Position numbers and translations under genes: made by a program
Notes under the pieces: model-generated
What the model saw: only the letters and a program-made list of their open reading frames with translations
Database searches by the model: none
Told to the model about the DNA's origin: nothing
Source: Yuukianura sp. NJ FZ-2021
Lineage: Eukaryota
Direction of reading: 5' to 3'
Assembly (NCBI GenBank): GCA_046563655.1
Contig: CM102284.1
Span: forward strand, 4,960,001 to 5,024,000
DNA length: 64,000 nt
In this document: positions 13,757 to 25,387 of the stretch, in pieces
Position numbering within the stretch: the first letter of the stretch is position 1
Layout: the number at the start of each line of letters is the position of its first letter

Positions 13757-16700
13757 ATGGACATGTCGTCCTCGTCGTTACATATCGAAATGGATGAATC
13801 AGGAAAGGACAGACAACCGAATCCATTGTTGATTCCGCTCGTAAGTGACTTACCATGTTTGAAAATACGTTGTACAAGATTAAGTTTATGAATCGATAGT
13901 GGCTGATCAGTTAGTTCAATCTTTCTTTGTGTTTTAGGTTCTTGAAAAAGTGTTCGAGCATGTAGATCTAAACGACCTTGCCACATGTCGTAAGGTGTGT
14001 AGAACTTGGGAAATGGAGGCCAAACCATTGATGCGCAAGCGATGCTGTATCAAATTTACCAGCATTGATCAGGTATCAGGTTACATTTGAGCAAATAGTT
14101 GATACACATTACAAAGATTAAGATTAATAAGAACCAATTTTTGGAATTTAGGTAAAATCTTACATTGAAGATTTCCGAGAAGTTCCGCCGGAGGTCCATG
14201 AAGTCTACCAGTTTGGTGCTCTGGCGATTTCGAGATACAGGGGATTCGTTTCAGGAATTCGACGAGCTCGTGTAGCAGAAATGATGGACATAAACGCCAC
14301 CAATCCTATCTTCACCATGGGCTATCGACAACTCTGTCAAGATGTACTGCGCTCATTCTTCAATATTTTTGGCAATACAATCAAGATTTTGGAATTGGAC
14401 TCGGACTTCGATATGGACATTGAGGAATTCAGTCGAGTCCTCATGTCTCGGACCGACAACTTAGAATCGCTTTCGATGACCATTCGCAACGTAACGTTTC
14501 CTCGGCTCTTTCTAAATGGAATTCCATTTACCAAACCGAACTTGACAACTCTCAGCCTTCGATCCGACGTCGGAATGGTTCCTGTGTCTCTTCTTCGGGA
14601 TTTCTTCACCATGGCTCCAAACTTGCGAAAAATTACTTGCCTTCCACTTTTCTGTGCCAACAAGTGGAAATACTCGACGAGACAGCCCAGACCAGGAAGA
14701 ATTGAATTCATCAGAGTCCTTTTTCATACAATTGTTATGGGGCCGCAACCACCAGTCTTGTCACATTTGAGCAACCTGGATATAAATCTTCAATTGACTG
14801 AAGTAGAACTTCAAGGATTGATAACAAAAGCATATCCTCTCAACTCCATCAAGTTAGGAATTTGTGCTGATGTTCAAGGACGGACTCTTGGAAACCTATT
14901 GAGTGCTGGAAGAAACTTACTTGTTCGAGTCTCACTGAACTTTCACCCGAACTCTAACGCTGCTTCGTACGGTCGATATGACTTTCAACTTCAAGAACTT
15001 CGTTATTTGTGTCTTTGTGGCTTTAAGGCTCCCGTCAGCTTTATTCGGAACTCTCCAGGTAAAATTGATTCAATTTACGTTATAAGTTAAACGCGAAATT
15101 CTACATTGACATTGAATCATCTTAATCATTGATTGTCGTTGTCATTATATTTTCAGCTTTAAAAACGCTGATTGTCGCAAATGCCGGGGATTTATCAAGG
15201 ACCTTCCCTGTCCATGAAATCGCTCCTCACGATTTGGAAAACTTATTTGTGCAATGGGATAATTTAGAAGATCCTGATATCATTGGACGAATCACACAAT
15301 GCTTCCCAAGACTTAAAACTTTTGCCATGAGGAAAGGAAATGACGCCATTTTGCGTGAGATCTATTTGAGCATGCCCTACTTGCAGAGTCTTACGATTCT
15401 TGGGGGTGGTGTGACTGATGCTGGAATTACTGGAATCAACGAAATAGTGTACCAAGATATTGCTGAAAGCGGAAGTTTGTCAATGGCCGATCCTGGGAAA
15501 CTTCGCACCAGTATGTCCATTGGAAGTCTAAGCAGTAAGTTGAAATACGTCATATGATTTTTAGTTTATATCTTTGGAAAGAGATAAGGGGAAGACGTAA
15601 CCAAGTTTTTTCTAATAGGATTACGGAAATTGCACTTGGAAAGTGACCTAATTACTGATGTTTCAATTTTCCTGGGGATTGGAAGTTGCTTGAACTTGAA
15701 ACACCTACGTTTAGAATGCAGCCAGGTATGTTGTTTTTTCCGTTTGTATTGATTTGGGGCGGGGTCAAAGGTCAATCATGCTAATTGAACTGTATTTAAA
15801 TTGATTCAACAGCTCACAGATTATTGTCTCCTCAAAATTGCCAAATTTCCTTACCTGACGACCCTGAACGTCATTTCATGTCTTGGATTGACAATGGAGA
15901 ATAAGCTCAAGCTGAAGAACGAATTCCGTGCTCAAGGTCGGCAAGTCAGTATGGAGTGGACGCCAGAAGAAGTACTCAGGGAGAGCCAGAAACGAGCTCT
16001 TGTCCTTCCAGAACTTCCACACGATTACTATCAACAGGCGTTGCTGGGAATCCCAAATGGAGGTCAAGCTGACGTTGATGAACATGGAATACCATTACCA
16101 ATACGACCACCACTTGGAGAAGAAGAGCTTGACGACTCGTCTGACTCCGACGATGACCCTGATCCCGACGGCAATCGTGCCAACTTTCGTCGTCGAATGA
16201 GAATGGTTGTACCACCACGACGTGAAAGAGAATTCTTTCGAAACCATGACGAAATACCATTTGGACCACGGAATCCTCACCGCTTATACAATCCACTTCG
16301 TCGATTTGTTCCAAGGCCATTTCACGAGTTTGCTGGAATACAACTACAAAGAGAAAGACAAAGAGAGGAGCTACAGTTCGGAGCTCCGCCACCCCCGCCT
16401 CGAGATTATGGGCTGCTGCAAGAACCTGACGAAGACGAAGTTATGATCCATGTGCACCCAATTGAATTACCGGAACCAGCTCCCGTTGTTCAGCCTCCGG
16501 TACCGCCGCAGGAGGTTCCAATTCAGCAGCAACAAGCTCCAGACCACCATCCAGCACCACAAGTAGCACGTCGTGGTAGAATTCTAAGACCTTTTCGGGA
16601 ACGGTTTATCCAAGTACGAGTTCAAGCACCAGTATTGCAAGATCCCGAGTTGCAAGTAAACCTGGATCACCAAAATTTCCAGGGTGTTCTTCACCCTCCA

Positions 16701-16910
16701 GGACCCGATTTTCCACAAATTGGTTTACCAATGATGGATATCCAATTCCGAGGTCCACTTTTTCATGTAGCTCACGCAGCAAACAACTTGCAGCCTCCGA
16801 ACGCAAATCATAATGTCAATAATCGACCACAGATTGGACCTCAACATGCCAGGGACTATCCACCGCAAATCCCCGCGGACTTGGACGCTCTTGATGATGT
16901 GGAGATGTGA
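13757..16910 (+). CDS. F-box / LRR protein with long Pro/Gln/Arg/Asp-rich disordered C-terminus
   Basis: NPLLIPL|VLEKVFEHVDLNDLATCRKVCRTW F-box; LRR exons 14281-15058, 15157-15535, 15620-15725; long last exon to 16910. Confidence 0.85.
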
Positions 16911-17753
16911 CAATGACAGTAAAATGGGGTAAATCGCGTGACCTTGACCTACCCCATTTCAAAATTCGAATGAGTGAACAGAAACGGTAAGGAATATAAT
17001 TAACCTGAATTAGAACCCGTTCATTTCAATTAGATTCATGCTGTCATTTGGCTAAATTCTGAAAGTATAAAAGTGAAAGTAATAGGAAACAAAACTGTTG
17101 CTATTTTGAGAGCACCCTGTTCACACCAAATTGCAATAGTCTAATTATACAAACCACATACGAAATTTTCAAAATTTCGTAAATGTACATAATAGTACTT
17201 TTATTTACTATGATATAATTTCTGTTTTCTATCATTTCTTTTCTATAATTTCTTTATTAACTAATGTAAGAATAATTTAATGTCTCGTTTAGTAGTATAA
17301 GTTCCTGGCGGCTTTCGATCAAAATTAATTTTATTATGGAATCCGATAATTTCAGTTTCTGCAGAATTTTCGGATTTCCTACAGTTTTTACGGCGTGTTT
17401 ACAATAATAAGTGCTAAGTTATCTTAATTTTGAAGATGCTTATAATAAGCCAGTCATGAAGGATGGAATACCAGAAATAAAATTGTATTTAAACAACTAC
17501 TAGGTTACTAGGTAGAAATTGGGTTTCTCGAATTGAGATTTAAGATTTTGCATGTGGCGAAAGTACGACAGTTATTTCACTTTTTGCAGGAAATGTAGAA
17601 TTTAAAAAAGAAGAAACATTTTTTGAAGAATCTTCTGCTAATGAGTTTTTAATTGTTTTTGGGAGACTAAATTTGTAGGCTATAATGCTGTATTTTCTGT
17701 TTTCATTTTTACCCCGAAAGCTGTTGCAGCATTTTTCCTTCTAGAATTTAGAA

Positions 17754-20700
17754 ATGGTTTTTAAAAACTTTAGGTTTTGGAAGCACAAAGTGATCCTTGT
17801 AGTGCCATTATTCACGTTACTTTTGTTTCTACTTAGTATTTTTCGGATAAATTATAATAATTTTGAGAATGCAGATGACCAATCTCCTGCTGCTTTTCAA
17901 CAGGCGAGTAATGTGAATAATTTTTCGAAATGTATTTGCTATAAATCTGTTTCTTAAACTTTTTTTTCTGTACGTGATTTCAGAAATTAGTCGATGGAGA
18001 CCAGAACGAGGATACCGTTGAAGATCGGTGTACGGAGATGGCGGCGGAAGAAATCACGCGTAGGATCCACCGTGTCCGGAACTTCTGTGAAATGTATCAC
18101 TTGGGAAATTTTGAACATCCCAGCGGTTTGACGAAGAACGATTTGAATGTCAAGGATCCACCGACACCGCAGTACTCTTACTTCTTTTTGAATCGGTAAA
18201 AACATTTCAATGTACATTTTTTGAATTCGGGACGCAGGCCTGGAAATTGTCGGGTATCCGGGTATCCAGGATACCAGGAAATTTTGGGCGAAAAAAAAAA
18301 TTTTTTTTTAGAAAAAATGGAGAAAAAAGCAAAAAATTAAAAATTAAATATTTTTTGCATTTTGTAATGGAAAGCATAACACTTTCCCAAAATTCTACGA
18401 ATGAAAAAATTCCTAAAACTCTAGGAAAGGTAAAATTCCTAAAATCTAGGAAAGCAGAACTTCCTAAAAATCTTGCAAAGGGGTTACCTAAAACCCAGGA
18501 AAGCCGAACTTCCTAAAAATTTAAGAAAGATGGGTTTCCTAAAAATCTAGGAAAGCTAAAATTCCCAAAAATCTAGGAAAGCTAAATTCCTGAGCTTCCT
18601 AAAATCTAAGAAAGCAGAACTTCCTAAAAATCTTGGAAAGACGGGTTTCCTAAAATCCAGGAAAGCCGAACTTCCTAAAATTTTAGGAAAGGTGGGTTTC
18701 CTAAAAATCTAGGAAAGCTAAAATTCCTGAACTTCCTAAACTCTAAGAAAGCAGAACTTCCTAAAGTCTAGGAAAGCAGAGCTTCTTAAAAATCTAGGAA
18801 AGACGGCTTTCCTAAAATCTGGGAAAGCCCAGCTTCCTAAAAATCTAGGAAAGGTGGATTGCCTAAAAATCTAGGAAAGCTAAAATTCCTAAAAATTTAG
18901 GAAAGCTAAACTTTCTAAAAATCTAGGAAAGTTGGGTTTCCTAAAAGTCTAGGAAATCTAGGACTTCCTAAAATATCTAACGAAACCTAGCTTTCCTAGC
19001 TTTCTAGGCATCTAATTATCGAAAAATTCTATGCGCCTCCGGCACAAGTTGTTTCCGTGTAATCTATTAGACGCGACGAGAAATTGTCAGGCTTTGGGGG
19101 TGAAAATGATTTTTTTAAATGCTAAAATCGAAAAATTTCTCGCGCCTAGCGGCGCGATTGCTTTGCCTCTTATTGTTTTCTCTTGGTTGGCGGGCTTAAC
19201 TGCAACTTTTAAAGCTAGAAAATCAAAACATTTTGCAATTTTTAGACATTTTGGACCCGATTTGCGGGGCCAGTTATGAATTTTTCGGGTTGGAAAATCG
19301 AAAAAGCTTCGCGCCTAACGGCGCGATTTTTTAATTTTTAGTCATTTTGGACTTGATTCTCGGGGTTAGTTGTGATTTTTCGGGTTTCAAAAATCTAAAA
19401 AGCTTCGAGCCTAACGGCGCGATGTCGTTCCTTCGAGCTATTTTCAACCCAAATTGTGGGGTCAGAAGTGACTTTTTCCATCCGAAATCGAAAAAATTTC
19501 GCGCCTCCCAGCGCAATTTTGTTCTTCCCCCTTCTAGCCATTTTTGACCCGGTTTGAGGGGTAGGAAGTGTTTTTATCGAGTTCAAAATCGAAAAAAGAA
19601 TGGCGCCTGCCTTCGGCGACTAATTCTGCGTAAATTCCATCGAATAGTTGGACGCGAGAACAGTAAAAATAACGAGTAAAAATTACGCAAAAATACGTAA
19701 TCCCGAGACCCAAATTTGGCCTGGACCCCCGTCCATGCCTGTTTGAATTGCCTATCACGCAGTACAAATGAAAAAAAAATTCTTGCGCCTTCGGCGCAGA
19801 TAGATAGGCTTATAGATCGGAGCTATTTAGTTTGGTTGCATTTTTCTCAAATGAAAAGCGAGCCGCAATTTTAGGAAATGGGACTCCGGATACCAGGAAG
19901 AAAAAACAATTTCCAGGCCTGTCGGGACGACTGCCCTAAACTGATTTCGAAATGATTTTTGCAGGGAGAAGAACTTAGCTTGGTGTCCAGTGTACAAAGC
20001 TGGTTCAACATCTTGGCTACACAACATGATGCTGATGGCTGGCGTTTCTGAAGAAACGTTGGCGACACCTCCGAAGCAACTTAGCATTTGGGCTAGAGAA
20101 ATCTACGGCGAACCAGTGCCGGGAGATGTACGGTAATAATGACTAGAGTTTTAAGCGACAATTTTGGAAACTTTCTTTTTCTTTCTGAGCAGGATTTTGA
20201 AAACGCTGAAAAGATGCTGATCGTCCGCCATCCCTTCCGGAGGATTCTGTCAGCCTATTTGGACAAATTGTCAAATTCTTCTACCGGTAAAACAGTTTCC
20301 AAATGCTAAAGAAACCGACAGAATTTGCCAAGTTTTCTTTTACTTTAGGTCTGCAACATGGAGCAGCACATTTCTACTTAAAGTATGGACAACATATTGT
20401 CAAGAAGTATCGCCTGGACTCTACAATTGACCAGAAGGAACCGACTTTTGAGGAATTTGTGCGCTATTTACTGAATACCGATCTTGTTCAGTACTCTGAC
20501 GACCATTGGCTTCCAGTCTACTACTCTTGTACTCCATGTCGAGTTGACTACACATTTATTGCCACTGTAGAAACGTTCATAAGTGACCAACGTTGCATAA
20601 TTGAAACCACCGGACTTAGTTCAATCTTGAAACCGAAATGGAAGCACAAAACGAAAATCAAATCCAATGGAAAAGAATCAATCGTTCGCAAGTATTTTTC

Positions 20701-20815
20701 CGAATTGACAAAATCTCAAATTCAGCAATTGTACGAAAAGTACAAATTGGATTTCATTCTTTTTGGATACACTTATTCCTCTTACTTCAAATTTGCTAAG
20801 GATAAAGAAAATTGA
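17754..20815 (+). CDS. Carbohydrate sulfotransferase (Sulfotransfer_2 / CHST8-14-like), type II membrane protein
   Basis: N-terminal TM segment; 5'PSB WCPVYKAGSTSW, 3'PB IVRHPFRRILSAYLDK, PTFEEFV, DDHWLP, LYEKYKLDFILFGY. Confidence 0.92.
18405..19008. repeat. Minisatellite, ~25-bp unit (ttcctaaaaatctaggaaag + 5-6 variable nt)
   Basis: More than 20 tandem units read directly; each core is a quasi-palindrome (ttccta...taggaa). Confidence 0.9.
19090..19620. repeat. Degenerate ~90-bp tandem repeat containing aaaatcgaaaaa and tcgcgcctaacggcgcga hairpins
   Basis: Motif recurs near 19140, 19310, 19405, 19500, 19600. Confidence 0.75.
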
Positions 20816-21229
20816 AATTTTTTTGAAAAGTAACTTCAAGCTTTTTTTTGCGAAATCTGTTACAATTCTATATCGTGAGTGTGACGATTAAGCTTAACGT
20901 TTATTTAGCATTTGATTGATCACGCTTCGTTAGTGTACCCTGTGATGCTCACCTCATTCATCTTCATTTTCCATACGCCCATACGCAATACTAAATCATA
21001 AGGCAACAATTCACCTACTAATTACGACATTGACTTTACGTTAAATTTAGCACAACAATAATTCTCCTCAAGCCCATGTTTAAGTAATCCTATTAATTAC
21101 GTTTAATTCTTAAATAAAACTCAAAGTGCAATTTATACTCCTGCTCAGGAGACACCGCCCCAGAAATTACCGTTTCATGATCCGTCTTAGCACAGCCTAC
21201 GCCTCAGGAAACAAATTAAAATTTTATTT

Positions 21230-23660
21230 GGGCTGCCTTATTTTAGTTAGCAGCTTTAAAAATTATAAGATCGTTGCATTGAAACTGTCATTCTTCAAAG
21301 TATTTCTTTTTAGACTTGATTTTTAGGCCGGCTCACATCATTTCGAGTAATTTGATACACCAATTTTCTGAGAAACGGATCTCCAATATTTCTTTAAATT
21401 TGGAAAAAGAAATCCATGGACTCAGCCATTTTGTCAAAAATTGATCAAATTTTCGATTTCGGTTTTTTTTTTACTTAATATATTCTTTGAATAATTCTGG
21501 ATTTAGGCGTGAAGAGATTAGGTCTCTACCTTATTTCGTTCCTAAGATATGAATTTTTAAAGTTTTTCAATTTTCTGAAATTTTGGAAAGAGATTTAACA
21601 TTGCAGAGGTGTAGGCTCTTCTTGGAAACTGTCCGGAGCTATGCGGAGATTAGGCGACTCAAAAAGGTTCCTCTCCTTCTTCAACTTTTTTTCCGCTGGC
21701 GGCCTTCCCATACAAAAATCCCAAAACCGGAGAAGGGCTACCTGCCTCTTCGTTTCGTATAATGCCCTGTCTACTTTTCTGCTCTCACAAAAGCCTCCCA
21801 TGTAAAAGACTCTTTAAAAACTTCCAAAAACACAAGCACAATTCCCATTTTAGAAAATTGTAAAAATTTGAAACTTGCAGCGATTTCTGTCACTCCATCG
21901 CTTGACTCAAGTAGCAAAACATCCTCTCGCACAAATTAGTGCAAATATTTCGCAAAAAAAAAAATCAGTTTCGAAACTTCAGTTTTGCAGTAAATTGCAA
22001 CAATTTGTAATGCCGTAGGCCCGTCAGCGTCAGCTGAGTCAAATTGTAAAACAACATTACGCTTAATTTGCTGCAAAAAGTTTCCAAAAAATTCACTTTC
22101 AAAATTTTCCAAAATTTTGGAAAATGAGAATTTTGAGAGAGTTCCTCAAAGCTGCATGCAAAATTAATAATTTCACTTATGGTATATCTGTATGAATTCT
22201 TGGACTGAATTATTTTAAATTTCAACTAGTGTCTATACTAAATCAGAAAAAAACCTTTATTTCCATTAAACTAAACTTTGAATTCTGAACCTTACAGCGA
22301 TTTCTGTCGTCAGGCGCTCAGTTCATTGTTCCAATGCCGTATTTCATGTAATTTGTTGCAAAAAATTTCGCAAAAAAACACACATTCAAAATTTTGATGA
22401 AAAAAATTCATAAAATACTACAGTTCATGGATTTTGTTAAAAATTTATAAAAATTTAGATTTCGGTTTTTTTTGCTTAGAAGATTTTTGAGATCATTCTG
22501 AGTTGAATGGTGAAGGAATTAGCAATTTATTGCATTTCGTTCAAGAAATATGAATTTTTAAAGCTTTTTAATTTTTTGAAATTTTGGAAAGAGATTTTAC
22601 ATTGAGAAGTGGTAGGCTCCTTTGAAAAACTGACCGGAGCTATGCGGATATTAGGCGACTTAAAAAGGTTCCTCTCCTTCCTCAACTTTTTTCCCGCTGG
22701 CGGCCTTCCCATACAAAAATTCCAAAAGCAGAGAGGGGCTACCTGCCTCTTCGCTTCGTATAATCCCCTGTCTACTTTTCTCCTCTCACAAAAGCCTCCC
22801 ATGCAAAAGACTCTTTCAAAAACTTTCGAAAACACAACCAATTCCTCGCTTCAGAAAACTTTAAAAAAAAATGCAAGTTCGCAGCGATTTCTAAGACTCC
22901 ATCGCTCTACTCAAGTTGTAAAACTTCTTTTCGCATAATGTAGTACAATTTTTATTTTTGCAAAACCACTCCTTCGAAATTGTGTAAGATTTAACAAAAT
23001 GAATCAATTTTCTGGAAAAACGCCCAGAAATCTTTCTTTTTTTTCATTTGTGAACTATTTTAAAATATAAAATTTAAGTTACATCCCATTACAAAACATT
23101 TTGCGTAATTGCTAAATTTTGAAAAAATTCATATAGGTTACAATACTCCAGGGATGAATTTTTGAAAAGCAGGTTTTACATGTTCAAAATTTCGTACAAT
23201 TTTGAAAAACAAATGACATCGTAAAAGCGAATTATAAACAGCCTTCATTCCACCTGAAAAATTAGAAATTCTTGACTTGAACAGAATAATTAAAATACCA
23301 ATACTGAAATAGTTTAAATTTTAAGCGGCGTCTACTGAAGCGAAAAAAAAACTCTCCTCAATCTTTTTGGCAACTAAATTTTGAAAACTTTTCAAATTAA
23401 CGCACCTTCGGAATTTTAAAAAATTTGAAAAAGAACCCATATTACAATAGTCCAGGAATAGTCATCGCAGGTTTATTAAAACAGATTTTACATGTTCAAA
23501 ATTCGGTGTTCAAAAAAATACAAGAAATCGTAAAAGAATATTAAAAAAACAACTTTAATTCAACCTAAGAAAACTTCATGACCTGAAAAGAATAATTAAA
23601 ATACTAAGGCTGAAATATTTTTAATTTCAAACGACGTCTACCTAAACCAAAAAAAAATTC
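21230..23660. mobile_element. Degenerate copy of a ~2-kb repeat family (related to 44871-46792)
   Basis: Two direct copies of a ~280-bp core (~21530-21815, ~22530-22820). Right-end sequences at ~23290-23350 and ~23590-23660 resemble the inverted ends of the 44.9-46.8 kb element. Boundaries approximate. Confidence 0.65.
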
Positions 23661-24279
23661 TCCCAACTTTTCATTTCATCAAAATTACCTCTAAATTACG
23701 TTGCAAAACGATACGAAAGTAAATTTTTCCTGAAATAAAATATTCTTTCAATTTCAAAACATGTTATCAAATTTTTAGCACCTATTGCTCAATAAATCTG
23801 TTTAGATGATGTTATCAACCAAGGTGTCAAAATGTTTAGTAAACACTTTCACTTGAGAGTTGAAACAATTGCTTAGAAAAGTGTTAAACATCCACCCTGA
23901 TCCTGACCCAGTTCCTTAAATTTTAAATCTCCAAGGAAGTGACAAAATCATTTTGTATTCAAAATTATTACAACGTGGGGTTGTTTGTTCAGTGTGAATC
24001 AAAAATGTTTTAAGTTAGGTAACTCAATCACTGTTTATCTTAACGAAATATGGGTTTTCCTGTAGTCTTCCTGTAACTTTGACTTGGAAATTTCTAAACA
24101 AAATGTTATGGTTTTAGTACTCCATTGCAAAAATGGTGTTTAGGATAAGAGAAAGGGTAAATAAATACGGTAAACTGCAAAATTAATTCACTCCCCACAA
24201 ATTCTATTGTTAGTAAACTTGCAGTTTAGTTGTTACATGTGTTGTAATTGGTTGAATCCAATCTCAAGTGTCGCCCTGC

Positions 24280-24287
24280 TATATAAA
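24280..24287 (+). promoter_or_regulatory. TATA box of the Gly/Pro-rich peptide gene
   Basis: tatataaa about 30 nt upstream of an Inr-like tcattc (~24315) and ~240 nt upstream of the ATG. Confidence 0.55.
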
Positions 24288-24521
24288 CGCAGTTTTACGA
24301 AACTAAAGTGGTTTCATTCAACGGCTCCCTCCGAAGACTTCTGTTGTGCTTCTTAATCGATTGACTCAGCATTCCAATTACTTAAGGGCCTCATCACTCT
24401 GGCTTTAGTTTGGTACAAGTTTTGGAAAAGTTAGGTCCAAGGAGAAGCGTCTATTTTTGAAAGTACTGCCGAATTCTGGAAGAATTAAAAAAAAGAGTTA
24501 CTCAAGTAGCGAAACCAAAAA

Positions 24522-25116
24522 ATGGTGAAATTAGTAAGTTGAAATTTTTATAACTAATCTTAGTACCTTTAGATTTCAGCGATTGCAGTTTTTCAAATTC
24601 TGTGTTACAGATTTTAGTTTTGTGCATCCTCGCCTACTTTGTGTACCTGAGTGACGCTGACTTTGAACAAGGGGGCGGAGATGGAGGACATGGAGGCGGA
24701 GGGCATGGAGGCGGAGGTGCTTATGGCCCGCCACCACAACCTTACGGCCCACCACGACCCGCTTACGGCCCACCACAAATGTGCTCAAGCGGTAACAGAT
24801 TTTTGAAAATTTATTAATTATGAAAAATGACTATAAACAGAACTTTTTAAATGGAAATTTAGGAAAAGGTGAAAAGGGAGGTTTTGAAAAAATCAAGCAA
24901 CTTTTCAAAAATCTTTTCAAAAAAGGAAATAAAGGTGGCGGCTATGGAGGTGGTGGAGGTTATCAACAACCACAGTACGGTCCACCGCCTGGAGGTAAAA
25001 ATCGTTAAAATTATTAATTGTAATTGAAGTGAATCTAGTTCCGTTAATTCTACTAAACTCAGAATAATCGTTTGAATGGATTTGTTGCAGGCTATGGGCA
25101 TGGTAAAAGAAGATAA
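24522..25116 (+). CDS. Small secreted Gly/Pro/Tyr-rich protein (exons ~24522-24533, 24611-24791, 24863-24994, 25091-25116)
   Basis: Signal peptide MVKL|ILVLCILAYFVYLSDA; GGH/GGY and YGPP repeats; ends YGHGKRR-stop. Confidence 0.85.
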
Positions 25117-25387
25117 GGTTACCTTGGCCAGGAAAATTTAACGATATATCACTGCATGAATACTGTTAAGTTTCACAAAGTTTACGGAAATTATAAGGTC
25201 AGAGTGAAAGTTAACGAAGGCACTACTATTTTTAAATCAGCAACGCATCGTTAAAAAGATTTTTTTTTTGTTCAAAACGTTCAGTACTTGAAAATCTATA
25301 ACAAAAACTACCTTATCCGCAATAACTATAGCTATTTAATAAAAAAAATATGTTTTTACCGAATTTTGGTGTCAAGTTTATTGACCT

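Larger units (their letters stand above)
18235..19921. mobile_element. Non-autonomous hAT-type DNA transposon in a sulfotransferase intron
   Basis: Perfect 16-bp TIR caggcctggaaattgt / acaatttccaggcctg; perfect 8-bp TSD tcgggacg (18227-18234, 19922-19929); no transposase ORF. Confidence 0.92.

Noticed and set aside
15876..16913. Antisense ORFs over the F-box gene's last exon (and similar ones over DDX1, PI4KA)
   Set aside because: Shadow frames of real coding sequence.
18405..19008. CRISPR-like repeat/spacer look of the palindromic array
   Set aside because: Variable segments are only 5-6 nt and recur, the array is inside a eukaryotic transposon and there are no cas genes; it is a minisatellite.
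21595..22938. Similar short ORFs (MGGFCE.RKVDR...) at 21595-21801, 22527-22841 and the 45.5/46.2 kb copies
   Set aside because: They are translations of the repeat core; frames and stops differ between copies.
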